Source: Eledone cirrhosa (taxonomy: Eukaryota). From it: a stretch of DNA of 64,000 nt. The stretch lies in contig OZ024742.1 of assembly GCA_964016885.1 (NCBI GenBank), positions 103,726,001-103,790,000 on the forward strand. The letters are read 5' to 3'. The notes below the pieces were generated by a model. That model saw nothing but the letters and a program-made list of their open reading frames with translations, was not told the origin of the DNA and did no database searches. Position 1 is the stretch's first letter; each line of letters starts with the position of its first letter. The position numbers were made by a program, and so were the translations under genes. Shown one piece after another: positions 12,645 through 27,089 of this stretch.

Positions 12645-15600
12645 TGCATCATATGTCCATAGCAATGCAATCTTCTCAGTTGCACACTACAATTATATTC
12701 CTCTTATACCCAGTTTTTCTCTCAGCCCATCTAATACATATTAACATCACAAAAATAGATTACAAATAAGTGAAAAAGTTCACTTGAAACTTGGGTTGTC
12801 AAACATTGAACATAACAGAAATATGAGCAAATTATCAAGTTGGCCATTAAATCATAAGTTTAACCTCAAGTTCAGACCTGATCCAGCCGACCTACAATCA
12901 AAGGAACTCTACCTATGACTACCATGCATTTTATTCAGGCACAATGTATCAAAGACTACATTATTTGATGAGTCCTTTTATTTTAGACAAAGAAGGGCAG
13001 TATGTGTATGCATATATATATATATACACACGCATGTGCGTGCGTGCGTGTGTGTGTGTATATATATATATATTCATACACACATGTATAAACTATATGT
13101 CTGTGTGTATATATACATTTATAGTTAAAGAAATTACAACACAAACACAGGGATGCAAAAACACAAAATATTATTAGTAAGATACTTAGGAAGAAGTAAT
13201 CAGTAACACTAACATACTGTGATTCATAATAGATGAAAGCATATATTATATGTTTATGTATAATAAACATATATGTCCAGCTGTGAGGGGTTTAAGCAGT
13301 GAAAATATCGCAGCCATCTCAGTAGTCTTGTGAGAGTGGCATAACTGTGTGGTAGACATGTGACTATGGCCAGCACAACACAATAACTCTGTAAAGGGCC
13401 TAACATGGTACTGCTGCAGAGCACAATGCCAAAAATGAATGTGCCATCCAGACACCACAGTGATGTATGCAGAATGACTAGCATGCACCTGCGAATAGGG
13501 CTGGTAGTGCAAACAGATGACCAAAGTCAACGAGCGACAACAGCGAGACATGTTTATTACACAAACATTTTGTATATGCCTTCATATACACCTCATATAC
13601 ATGTGTGTGTCTGTGTCTGTGTGTATATATATATGTACATATATATATATTAAAGTAAAATGAAAAGGGGGGTGGAGACAGGTTGGATTCCCTTAATTAT
13701 TTATTTCTGCAAACATTATGCACATTTCAGTGGCCAGGCTGCATATGAACCAGGTGACATCATCAGGTGTATATTGCATAATAGTTGTATACCAAAGGAA
13801 TGATGGAAAACACATTCCAAGAGGCTTTAAGGAAAAAAGCAAAGAAAAAAACTGTAGAAAAAGTGTTTTTGTTTTTGACTCAGGGATGATCGTGGTAGCC
13901 TGTTGTCATAAACGTATGTGCATATATATATATATATATATAGGAAGGGCATCCAGCTGTAGAAATCAAGCCAGAATCAGTTCCCGTAAGAGACAGACAA
14001 GGTCAGCCAACCGGACACTGCCTACAACAGGACAACCCGTCTAACCCATGCTAGCGTGGAAGAACAGACGTAAAACTGTGATGATGATGATGATGATATA
14101 GATATATATACACACACATACCTACCTATACGCAGACAACAGGCCTCTGTGCACAATGGGCTCAACTCTGTGTGTGCACAACTCTAGAATATGTGATTTC
14201 AAATCAAAACTTTTTACCACATATAATCAGATATATATGACAATGGTTTATAGAAAATTTGGCTGAGAATCCACTCAGGTCTAAATATTTATGAAAAAAC
14301 AAAATCAAAAAACTTAACCTCTGCCATATTGTAAAAATAAAAAATAACAAAAAAGGGTTAATTTTTATCATTTTCTTTTTATTTATATTAATATGATCAC
14401 CATCATTATCAACATCATCATTTAGATTTATATTGTCACAATTATTAATATTGTAAATTAGTAAATTGTGAATTTTTTTTCATTTTTTTTTAATTTTTTA
14501 AAAAGAGGCTGTGGGAGTGGGTTTTTTTCATGATGTTTGTGGGTGTCTTGAGAGGCTGATTGAATTGGCGGTGGTGTTAGGGTGTTAACGATGCAAGAGA
14601 GCAGTTATCTTCAGAAAAGCTTAAATATGGAGGCTCGTTAAAAGGAAGAGGGTAGAATGTGCTGGAATCTAGAGAAAATTATTATCAATAGTAATAGTAA
14701 AAATGTTTCATTGATTAGTCTTATAACAGACATTACTGGGTGGTTGGGCTGGGGGAGGGGAGAGTTAGTCCTCTTATAGATTTATGTATATAGTCTTGTT
14801 TTATGTCCATTTGAAGTGATTGCCATGACAGAGTAAGAAGCTTAGTTATCAGCTTCTACAAGAGAAAGAGGAGAGTGAGCATTAATGAAGATCGAGATGT
14901 GGAGGTGGTGGTAGTTAGGAAGAGTTTTTAGAGAGTGGGGTTGGTCGAGAGCATGAAGTAATTCAGGGACGAGTATTTGGTGGGAGTGTCGCTGCTTTTA
15001 CAACTGAAGAATTACGAGATAGTGGCCCATATGATGAATATTGTCTCAAGCTACGAGAAGGCACCACGTTGGAAGAACTGCAAAAGAGAAAAAGTATAAT
15101 TTCAGAATAGATGTAGATTATATGGTTTCAAAAGCTGCACTAGGTAGATACAGTGTCACACTATATTCTAAGCAAAGCTGGTTTCAATTATCACCTGGAA
15201 CAATTACTATTAATTCCCTTTAGAACTTGCCATTTCCAAATTCTTATAAATCTTGAGCTTTAAACCTATCTAAAAATCATTAGATTAAGGTTTAACCCAG
15301 CTGGGATTTGGTTTTACCTTTCAGTTGCTCTGTAGTCAGCAAAATACCAGTTATAACACAGGAAGCATTAATCTACTGACTAAAAACACATAATGGAGAT
15401 AACCTTTACTAAAACAATAATATGGTAGAATCCATTTTACTTATATCACTTGTATAGACCCAGTATACTCTGTAAAGTGGTAGTGCTGATGTCACTATAA
15501 AATGTACTCAGTAAACCTAGTAAAGTGGTAGAGCTGGTGACATGATAAAATACACTTAATACACTTTGTAAAGTGGTAATGCTTGTGTCACGATAAAATG

Positions 15601-16899
15601 AACCCAGTACACTCTGTATAGTGTTAATGCAGGTGCCATGATAAAACACACCATTAGAAATTATGCTAAATATAAAATGTATGAGAAAGATGAAGTCACT
15701 CTGACCTGTCTAACTTAGGACCATAACACCACAATATGGAAGGCAGACATAAAATGATGATTAGAAATACTAACTAGCTAGTTTCTCCACTGCTCAGCGT
15801 ACAACAGAATATTTTCAAGAAACAAATATTTTGTTACTGGAGCTCAACTAAAGATTTTATTATTTAGCAAAACAGTATCGGTTGAGTGTCGGGTACCATG
15901 TTTTGTAGCATAGAGTTACGGCCCTTTATGTTCTGAGTTCAAATCCTGCCGAGATTAGCTTTGCCTTTCATCATAATGGGTTCGATAAAATAAAGTACCA
16001 GTAATGCACTGAGGTCAATTTAATCGACTTTCCCCTTCCTTACAAATTGTTGGCCCATGCCTAAAGTAGAAACAATTATTTAGCAAAACAAAACGAAATT
16101 GCTTCAAATTATCATCATCTATGAATGTAGTTTTGTGCATGATAGTTTCACACATGTTTAAAACCTCAAAATAGTGAATTAATTTCCTATCCATCTGATC
16201 TTAAAATCTGTGAGTCTACCATTCCTCTAATTCTTAACAGTTAAACCCACTCTTCATCTCATCCTTAATTATTCATAATATGAATTCCACTTATTACTTA
16301 TTCTTAAAGCCCTGATTAAACTCCTCATCTACTCTTTAAACTTATGAGTATTTTGGAGGAAATAATAGCTCAATTATGAAGGCGCATGGCTTAGTGGTTA
16401 GAGCATCGGGCTTACAATCACGAGGTTGTGAGTTCAAATCTCAGACTGGGCTTTGTGTTGTGTTCTTCAACAAGACACTTTATTTCACGTTGCTCCAGTT
16501 CACTCAGCTGTAGAATTGAGCTGTGATGTCACTGGTGCCAAGCTGTATCGGCATTTGCCTTTCCCTTGGACAACATAGGTGGCGTGGGAGGAGAACTGGT
16601 ATGCATGGGCAGCTGTTGGTCTTCCACAAACAACCTTGCCTGGAATTTCTTCTCAGAGGAGAGCTTTCTAGGTGCGAAGCCGATGGTCATTCGTGACTCT
16701 TAATACCTCAATTGGTCAAAGATAAGAATTAAATCTATCACATATAAAAACCATAAGTCAACATTGCCATCCGAACAGAAAAAAATACCTTCTTATTAAA
16801 CTATAAAACCTATAAGTTGATTGTTTATCTCACACTAAAATCTACTATTCCATCTTTCTTAAGTCCTTGGCATTTATAATACTAATTATACTGATGTAT

Positions 16900-19800
16900 T
16901 CATATAGAGCAGTATGTCTTATGCCTAGTTTTAGGTTTAACATTTTAGCATTTAGTATATGACTGGTATTTATTCATAACACTAACATTCATAACACTTA
17001 CATTGATTTATTCATATAAAACTGATGAAATTATTACATAAGATTAAACATGACTTTATATGGTTTGGTGACAGCAGAGCATAGGGTTGGCCCCTTGTAA
17101 CTCAAGATAACATTTCAATAAAGACAATTAGATAGCTGGATTTGGAGAGTTTAAATAGTAAAGGGTTAAGACAGTATCACAGAATGATAAACACATCATT
17201 CAGAGTCCAAAAGTATTAACTTACCATATAATAACTAAGTATGACTGAGATTTAAAATTAAAAGCCTTGTCATTAATATACAGATTACATACACAGAGTA
17301 GAAACAGATGTCAGATGACAAGGTCATCATTTGGTTCAGAATAGACAGACAATAACGAGAAAATGACAGGATATATCCAAAAAATTATTTTCTGCTGTAT
17401 ATGAGAGGTCAGTAGTTTTGAGAGGAAAACCTTTATCCTTATTATGTATAAATCAAGGTTTCAAATAACAGAGCAAACTAATCATACTCAAGTTTCTCGT
17501 TACACGTATGTGTGTGTGCGTGCATATGTATGAACATGCACATAACGTTTTATACAAACACATAACTATAGCCATTATCTAAAACAGTGCACTTTAAAGA
17601 ACCCATAATTATCATGTTTAACCCTGTCACTATTATAGTCTGTAACAGAATATTAAACAGCCTCCCCATAATACAACAGCTGAAAGCTGAAGTCCTAATT
17701 CTACCCAATAGATGTTAAACACAGTATCTCAAAGGTGTGGCTAAAGCTACTCTGAGGTTTCGTAGCAACACCTACAGTGAAGCCATGACAAACCAGATGA
17801 TTCCTGAACTGCTAGTGATACTGAAAATGCCATATGTAGAAATGGTAAGGATAAAGAGAGCCACTAACAACACTTTAAAAAATATTACTTTATCATGACA
17901 TCTAATTATGATGTAAGTATGCCTATTATTATTATCACTCAATACTCAGCTCTTTGTAGAGGTATGGCAAGGTTAGGTAGGACTTTGCTGGATTGTACAT
18001 TATATTTCATGTACATGATATTTCACTTAAAAACAAAAATGGGAGAACATTTGAAAATAGATTTATATTTCACATTTAATCAATACAAACAACATTGCTT
18101 TTTTTTAAATTCAAGAATAAAATGTTTTATATATTATCAGATGTCATTATTACTGTTATTAATAACCATGCTTATGTAAGATATCAATGTTATATTATCA
18201 TGTTTCATGCTTATGTAAAAGAAATTATCAACATTATTTTTGTTATTATCATTATCATCTATCATTGCAATGTTTTATGAAATAACAGTTTGTGCCTGTG
18301 GAATATGGTTACAGCAGTTATATATATATTTCTAAACATTTAAATAAAGAGTTCTTTGTACACAAGTACATCATTACTGTAGATTCAATAGCAACAAAAT
18401 AAACAGTTAAATAAGAAAAGAATTTGATATCAATAAGAAACATCTTTGACAACACAATCATGTTTTGCATAAAAACAACACACATTACATACAGTACAGT
18501 GCTGTAAAAAAAAAAAAAAAAAAAAAAATTCATCCATGCCAGTAGAAATTAACCACCAAGTGTCAAGAACAACAATAATAAAACTAAACAATTTTTGTCT
18601 TTGAATTTGGACAGAATTGTAAACTGCCACACTACTGGCTTGACTATAAAATAATTGATCAAATTAGGGATATAAACCCCTTTAAACAAAAAGTGGACAG
18701 AGGCAGGGCAAAGTGGGAATTGAACACACATCTGCTATATGCCAGATGTTACCATTGGTAATGCAGTCATCTGACATACAGCAGATGTGAGTGATTTCCA
18801 CAAGCAACTTTGTCCACTTTTTTTTCCATCTCAAGAAAGTTTACATGCCCATCTTGTTTGACTATTTTTATAGCCCCAAGTCTGCAATGTAGCAACTTAA
18901 AATAAACCAACATACTTTGAAGATTCAAATTTGTCCAACACTTTATAAAATGATTGTTTCTTAACTTTCTTGGTTTATTTTTTTAATTTGAACATTTTGA
19001 AATAGATACAAAAAAAGGATTTAAGAAAAAAATAGAATGCATTGATGCAATCCTAGACAACAGCCATTGATGGCAACATATCTATACAGAACACATTGAT
19101 GCAATTCGAGACAACAGCCATTGATGGCAACATATCTATACAGAACACATTGATGCACTGATGCAATTCTAGATAATAGTCACCAATGGCAATATATTTA
19201 TATAGAATGCACTGATGCAATTCTAGATAATAGTCACCAATGGCAATATATTTATATAGAATGCACTGATGCAATTCTAGATAATAGTCACCAATGGCAA
19301 TATATTTATATAGAATGCACTGATGCAATTCTAGATAATAGTCACCAATGGCAATATATTTATATAGAATGCACTGATGCAATTCTAGATAATAGTCACC
19401 AATGGCAATATATTTATATAGAATGCACTGATGCAATTCTAGATAATAGTCACCAATGGCAATATATTTATATAGAATGCACTGATGCATTCTAGATAAT
19501 AGTCACCAATGGCAATATATTTATATAGAATGCACTAATGCAATTCTAGATAATAGTCACCAATGGCAATATATTTATATAGAATGCACTGATGCAATTC
19601 TAGATAATAGTCACCAATGGCAATATATTTATATAGAATGCACTGATGCAATTTGAGACAATAGCCAATGATGGCAATATATTTATATAGAATGCACTAA
19701 AGCAATTCTAGCCAACAGCATGTGGTGGCAATATATTTATATAGAATGCCTTGATGCAATTCAAATAAAAAATGGTAATATAAGCAACAAAAAAGTATCA

Positions 19801-20191
19801 AATAAAATAGGGGAAAAAAACAAAACATTGAGGTGCCACAAAATGCAACAAAATTAAAATAAATCCAGAATTGATAGAACTGATATGAAAAACCATTGAA
19901 CAAAGCACAAAATATATCAAGGAAGATATAAAAGATGAAGAAAAGAAAAACACACAGTTCTATAACAAGAACAGAATTTGTTTTCTTTCTTTTTCTTTTA
20001 GTGTTTTATAAATTCCACCAAAAAGAAATAACTATAACACCAACATTCTGACACTAAGGTAAAGAATTGTAACAAATTCTCTTGCCAGTATGACAGCTGC
20101 CAACATCACAACAAAACTTACATCGGTGAAACTTGTACGAATGAGTTGCTGCTATTAATGATGCATTTGTAAAATGGTGCACCTTACTCCA
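16900..20191 (-). other. Putative ROCK 3'UTR (3' end uncertain)
   Basis: TE-depleted, U-rich minus-strand sequence after the putative stop. Minus-strand AATAAA occurs near 18975 and 16970-16990. Confidence 0.4.
19032..19762. repeat. 54-bp minisatellite, ~13 units
   Basis: Unit actgatgcaattctagataatagtcaccaatggcaatatatttatatagaatgc. About 9 near-identical central copies, diverged edge copies. Confidence 0.95.
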
Positions 20192-20198
20192 TTATTTC
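20192..20198 (-). CDS. ROCK: Probable ROCK terminal coding bases (R-K-stop)
   Basis: ttttcttttccaatCTAACctgatgttgtag|G AAA TAA: pyrimidine tract, branch-point-like CTAAC, phase-2 compatible. About 3 kb without recognisable TEs follows. Confidence 0.55.
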
Positions 20199-20975
20199 CT
20201 ACAACATCAGGTTAGATTGGAAAAGAAAATGATCATAAGTAAACATTCCTATGCAACATGAGAAATAAATATTAAAAAAAAAATAATTGCAGGAATTATC
20301 CCAACTTTTTAACAGATTCTTTATTACACACAATTGTACACAATGCCAAACACATCACAAGGTACCAATACAGCATGCAAGATACTACAACCACTCGAAA
20401 CAATCATGGAAGGTTAAAAACCATGCACTCAACAATGTCTAAGGAAATCATACTATATCATCAACATCATTATCATTATCATCATTTAATATCTGTTTTT
20501 CCTGCTAGCAAGGGTTGGATGGGTTGTCACAGACCAAGTCAGTACTTACTCAGAACTACTGACCTCTCAGATGGACCAGCAGACCCACTTATTGCTTACA
20601 TATGTTCCACCACCTTACAGACTGCACCAGGTGCATTTTATCATGGCACCAGCACTAAGGAGGTTGTTATGTCTCCAACAGAGCTGAATAGCCCTCCCGA
20701 GCCTGAAAAGTTACTGTGAAATCTGGAGAAACAGAGTGGTGGCTTATTAAATATACATACTGATCAATAATGTTAGAGAGAGAGAAAAACAGAGACAAAC
20801 TAGAAAGATAAGCAAACACACACAGGCATCTGATAAAAGATTTAGTATTTAGGTACTAAATCAATTAATACTAATAGTGTTAGGTAAGTTGATAGACTAT
20901 TTTAAAATGCCATGTATGGAAAAAAATCAAAAAATAATCAATTTTTAAAACATATTTCATAAACTTATAACATAT

Positions 20976-21202
20976 TTAACCCTTTTCATACCAGCCTGGC
21001 CAAAACCACCTATGTCTCTATGAAACAAAACCACCAATTTTAAAGGGCACCCATTTAATTTAAAATCTTCCAACATAACTTTATACAAGAACCTGAAGTT
21101 ACTATTTTATTAATGAAATAATAATTTTAGTCAATCCCCCAAAATTCTTCAATAATTAATTGAAATGTAATTTTATAAGGAATACAGTCACAAAAGGGTT
21201 AA
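20976..21202. mobile_element. Second TTAA-flanked MITE family; decayed copies at ~416-640, 21975-22184, 29350-29600, 30018-30265
   Basis: ttaacccttttcatacc...caaaagggttaa. Confidence 0.65.
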
Positions 21203-24200
21203 ACTTGCTGTATAATACTGATAATATAACCCTGAGTATTATCAGCAAAAACTGACGACTATTGATTTCAGAACTAATGAGATATCTCCTCAGTCATTTA
21301 TCACATGCTTTGTCAAAGAAAATGTAGAGACTATTGTTATGTCAAACTATTTGGAAATCATGTTGAATAGCAATGTATGCATGTATGTATATATGTACAT
21401 AGACATATATGTATGTACCTATAACTCCTGATGGACTTGTAGGTGCATCATCATGACATATGGCGTCTCTTGGACATTTTTAACCAGGAAAAGCTCATCT
21501 CGTCTCCAGGCCTGTAAACATCCGATTTTTTTTTTATTTTCAAAGGGGTGAGAGAAGAATCTACCCTCAATACTGGGCTGGTATTTTTTCTTTTTTTCTT
21601 TGTTTGTATCAACCTTGAAAGGATGAAAGGCAAATTTGATCTCTTTCGAATTAGAACTCAGAGCACCAGAACAAATTCTGTAAAGCATTCAAACCGACGT
21701 TCTAATGACTGCTAATTTGCTGCCTTGCATTTAGGATATATTTTATCTTGCTAATACTTGTCTCAGTTATGTCTGCTATTGTCGAGCCCCTACACTGCAT
21801 TGAGTACATCATGTAATCTGACAAAAGGAACAATAAATACTGACATTAATGATTTCTTTATGAGTCAGATAATTTATTAAAAATATCTAACAGCTATAAT
21901 TCCAATATTATTCTATAGGTAAAACAACTAAATATTGTTTTAACATTAAATATAATTTTGCATATATACTGTTGGCCCTTTCCTTACTATATTACTGTAA
22001 AATATGCTGTATTTGAATTAATGAAGAATTTGGAGGGATTTATTAAGATTCTATTTGAAACAATTTAAAAAGAGGTCCTAATATAAAATTATGTTGGAAA
22101 ATTTTAATTTAATTAGAAACCTTTTAAAATGGATGATTTTGTTTCCTAGAACAGTTTTGGGTGGGTTGTTATCAAAAGGGTTAATGTATTAACAATCATA
22201 AAATTAGGAAGCTAAGAAAATCACACCTGCTAGTCTAGTATGATTTGGCAGAAGTTCATTGTTACAAAATGGGACATGTCAACAATGCTAAGCATGGCAT
22301 TAACTTTTAAAATAGATGGCTTGGGGCCAGTCTGACTGAGAGTTAAGGTGCTAGAATATTGATCATAAGGTCAGGATTTTAAATTTTGCTAGCAACTATT
22401 TCTGGGAAGTGTAAATCACTGTTGACTTAGTTAACAACTACTTTATGATGTTTTTGTTTTTAACCCCAGCTCAGTCCTTATTAAGTAGACTGATAATCAA
22501 ACGCACTGCTGTAAAGTTCATACCATCTTTTCACATATCAGAGTCTACACAAGTCTACACTGTCCAAAACCTTCTCTTTAAGATGGTATGATATGATTTG
22601 AAGGAGTTTTAATTGGTATTCTTCACAAGTCGAGAAACCATATAGTGTTCCATCATTTGCTCAGATTTTATAATGTAGTAGTCAGTGGTAAATAGTGTAA
22701 AAAATAAATACACACAAGGCCTATGAGAGGGGAGGGCCAGCCAGTACTTTGTTCCAGGGGCCCAAGAGCTAAGAAGGCCCCACAGCAACCATGCAACATC
22801 CATTTTGAGAAAAATTGTTGCCTGCTTTGGGCCCCAAAAGGGTCTTGTATTGCCTTGCAAAATTTCTCTTGGAGGCGCAGAACACACTCATCATCATCAT
22901 CATCATCATTTAATGTTTATTTTCCATGCTTGCATGGTTTAGACAGATTGCCATATTCTGAAGCTAGACAAGTCAGGTGACAATGTCTAGCACCTCATAT
23001 TATTAGTGGGTAAATAAAGTGTTAGAGTTTACATAACCATAAGATTTATCATCATCATAATAAGTTTTATGTACATTTTTACATGTCAGCATGGACTGGA
23101 CAAGACATTATGAGGTAAATTTTTATTACCAAATGCCCTTTTTTAGGTCCTGCTATCATCAAAAATGCACTCAGCATACTTTGTGAAAGAAAGGGCAGCC
23201 AGCTGTAGAAACCATGCTCCAAAAAGGGTTCAAAGGACTCTTCAGTTGTGTCAAGAGCACAACCTCCCTACTGTTATTGACACTTCATGTGTCAATAACA
23301 GCAGAGAGGTTGTGGATCCAATAAACTCTTAAGTGGTTGGTGATAGGAAGGACATTTGGTCACAGAAAAAGTGCCAAACAAACAGTAGAGAGGACTCTTC
23401 AATTGTATTAAAGACATGATGACCTCCTTAGTGCCAGTCCCATGATAAAATGTATATGTACTCAGTTGTTGAGTAATACTTATTACTACAGCAGTATTGG
23501 TTCCAGCACTCAATGCTTATATGTGAATTGAATGTTCAGTGTTAAAAAGTCTGGATAAACACTGACTAATGGTATACCAGGTAATTTAGCAGCAGACATA
23601 CCCAACAGATATTCCTTTAATATTCAGAATGGAAAACCTTTCAAAGATTCGACACAGTTATGATGCAGGAAAAGGTAGAACAAGAAAACATTTACCAAAC
23701 CTCGAAAAGGAGTTATACATAACCGAAATGTCAGTGCAAGCAACACCTCCTCTCATCCCCACCCAGTACACATAAAATAAGCAAACTGGAAAAACTTGAA
23801 AGGAATTTGTTAAAATGGCAACATAGTGATGTCGAAAACATAATTATGTTGGACTGTTTTAGCAATGTTTAAAATAGAGTATCTTTATATGACACACACA
23901 CTGACTATACAACACAACAGAGAATTTGATCAAAGAACATTAAAGTATGGTAAAATTAATCATTAAAATAAAAACAGTTTACTCTTTTCTAGACAATATT
24001 TCTAACAAGACTAGACTGCCTACCATCATCATCATATTTTCCATGCTTAGATGGGTTAGACAGGTTGTTATATTCTGAGGCCAGACAGGTCAAATGACTG
24101 TCTTGCTAATATGTTCCATTTTGGTATGGTTTACATGGTTGGATGCCCTTGCTAATGCCAACCAGCTCACAGTGTGTTCTGAGTGTGTTTTATCTTGGCA

Positions 24201-26965
24201 CTACCACCTAACACGGTGGACTGAGTATCTCAATAGATTTTCAAATTATTTAAGAATTTAGAGGTGAATATTAACTTTTTCTATTTACTGATGATGTATT
24301 AAACCTTTAGCATTTGCATTACTCTATATTCATTATTGTATTTTTGTGGCAAAGGCTTTATCTTACATAATTATTTCACATAATATTGAATCTACGAGAT
24401 TTTAATATTATTCATTTCGAGAACAATACCTTAACATAAGTATGAGCAACCAGTTATAGCCGGTTTGGACAGAAAGAGGTGAAAGAATTTTGGTCGGATA
24501 TGGCCGGTTTAAATGCTAAAGGGTTAAAATACTGAATGGAACACAATATATAAAAAAAAGGTTCTGACATAAAACTGCAACGGAAGGTTTTATGTAAAGA
24601 TATGTTATTTTATGCCTGTTTTTCCATGTTTGCATGAGTTGAATGTGTCTTCTCCAGCACAGCATTTCACCACTTATTGTGTTCTTTTTTAGTATTTCTT
24701 TTGTAAGGTTCAACCTCTTAAGATCAGTTTTCACCACCTCTGCTTGTTTTCTACTAGCTTTCTTTTCCTCTAATTCCCTCCACTCTTATTGTTTGACACT
24801 TTTGCATCCATCTGTTACACTCCATACACATCACATGTTTGTATCAGCACAAACTTCTCTCTTGCATATTACAGCTGATTCCACATATACCCAATTTTTC
24901 TCTCAGCTCATTTGTACTCCATCATTCAAGTACATTGACACTATACATCCAATGGAGTATTCTCACTTCACTTATTTCCAGCCTTCAAACATCCACAGTT
25001 CATGCTTCACTACCATGCAACATCTCAACTAGTACACAAGCATCATACAATCCACACTTTTCCCATAACTTTTTCCACCCTGTTTTTACACTGACTAATA
25101 TGCTTTCAGAACACCGACCTTCACTGCTAACTAGATTGGCTAGGTAACAGAAGACATCAACTACATCAGAAGGAGGGCTTTATCAGTTATGAAATGAAAT
25201 TTTGGTTGAAATTTAAATCAGCAGTTTCAGGTGGACAAATGTCATGAGATGAGAGGTAGTCTGAGAGGTATTGGTATCAAAATGTTCAAACAATATTGAG
25301 CAGAAGCATTGACCTCAAGGTCACAAGTTCAAACCCTGCTACAGCTACTAATCTGATAGCACTAAAGTAACAAAAAAAAAAAAAAAACATTGCCAGGCTT
25401 GTTACAGTCTATCTAATTGTAAAATAAATGCCACTCACACTTTGTAGATGAGTAATTCATCATCATCACCATCATCATCATCAATTAATGTTCATTATCC
25501 CTGCTAGCAAGGGCTGAGGCATCTTGCTGTAAATAATACTTTCTCTAAACTCATATGAACAATATTTTTATATATCCAACACCACTGTGACAACATCATC
25601 ACCATCACAATTAAACAACAACAACAACATCACTGCTAAACAACAACAACACTACTAAACACCATCATCACTGCTTCACCATCACCATCACCACTAAACA
25701 ATAAGAACATCACTAGAAGATCAACTATACTTATTAAGTTAGACATGGCCTGGGCCAATACTGGCCAAAACCTATCATCAAAGTTGTCAAAGTTAATAGG
25801 AACTCATTAAAATAAATCCAACAAGTGTATTGCTTCAGCAGCATTAATCGTAGCCAGTCAATGTGAAATGTTACATCACTAAATAAAACATGCAATATCT
25901 ATAGATCCAATAGTTGCAATAATATAATCAACAACAAAGTTTACAAATAAGTTACTTTCAGAATGAGCACAATAGCTAAATCTTCCACAAATCCTTTTAG
26001 TGTTGATTACTTGCATTTCATGGCCAAGGTTTAAATTAGTCATGGGCAAACTGTGGCCTGTTTAGTTTTCTGAATGGCACCTTCAACAAAATATTCTTTT
26101 AGTTTTGCAACACATCTTATGATGAGCTAATCTCACTGAGCCTACTGTTAAAAAAAAAGGTTGCCCATACCTGGTTTAAATGCCAGAAACCAACCAACAT
26201 CCTGGCTATATTTTACAGGTACAGCTAAGTTGCTAGTAGATTAATAAGAAAAGATTTTTGACCGCGACCTGCTAGATATGTTGGCTGGCCCTTTAGAGAC
26301 AGGTAACAAGCACTCAAGAATCATAGCAACACTTTTGTATGAAAATAGCTTCATTTCTAGAAACACCTTTCTGATACAGGACAGATGCATGCAAAATCAT
26401 GGATAATTAAATGTACTGGCATGCATAGCCAAGTGAGACAGATAGATGACCCCAAGGCAATATACACAAAAATGTTGATTTCTAATTTAGAGACAAGGTC
26501 AGCAAATTTGGTGGGAGAGCAAAGTTGATTAAATCAACCCTAGTACTGATACTTTATTTTATCAATTCTGGAAGGATGAAAGGTAAAGTTGATCTCGGCA
26601 GGATTTGAACTCAGAATGTAAAGAGCCAGAAGAAATACCACAATGGCATTTACATAAAAATATTAGAGTAACATCAAGTATTATAAACCTCATTGAATGA
26701 GAAAAAACAATTTTCATTGGTATGTATATTATACAATTTCCTGTTACACTCACACACAGACAGACATACACACACACACTATACCTACCACCTATAATAT
26801 AGAATTGTGTCTTTGGTAATTTGGTACCTTTTTAAAAAAAGAAAAAAAAACGACACCCCACCCAATCCGTAAATAAAATGGCTGACATCCTCTTTATGCC
26901 AATTAGATGTTAAAAACACCAAAACAAATTAGAATCCTTAATACATTTGCTGTCCTATTTCATAC

Positions 26966-27089
26966 CTTGGTCCTGCTGGGGCTATTCCTTTCTTAGGAAT
27001 TTTTTTCCCCAAATGTTGAACCCAGGACTTCTGTTTCTCTGAAGATTCTGCCAACAGCAACAATTCCTTAGCTTGAATGTCATAGTTAA
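26966..27089 (-). CDS. ROCK: ROCK exon, PH domain C-half
   Basis: ttttttccag|...|gtatga, 124 nt, phase 1->2. Encodes (V)NYDIQAKELLLLAESSEKQKSWVQHLGKKIPKKGIAPAGP. Confidence 0.95.

Noticed and set aside
14500-15100. Purine-rich stretch as a possible gene
   Set aside because: No ORF or splice pattern. A faint INAHSP endonuclease-like motif on minus suggests an old LINE relic, too weak to call.
16380-16455. tRNA gene
   Set aside because: The A/B boxes continue into a multi-copy SINE body and there is no clean cloverleaf. The same applies to the other copies.
19032-19762. CRISPR-like array, or the 145-aa repeat ORF 19053-19490
   Set aside because: Units are contiguous with no unique spacers, the context is eukaryotic, and no cas genes are present. 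The ORF exists only because the 54-bp unit lacks a stop in one frame, and a 1-bp deletion breaks that frame.
22609-22887. ORF ending MVSRLVKNTN, resembling ROCK WVSRLVKK
   Set aside because: The true homologous segment (SWVQHLGKKIPK) is at 26966-27089 with proper splice sites. This resemblance is short and probably chance.
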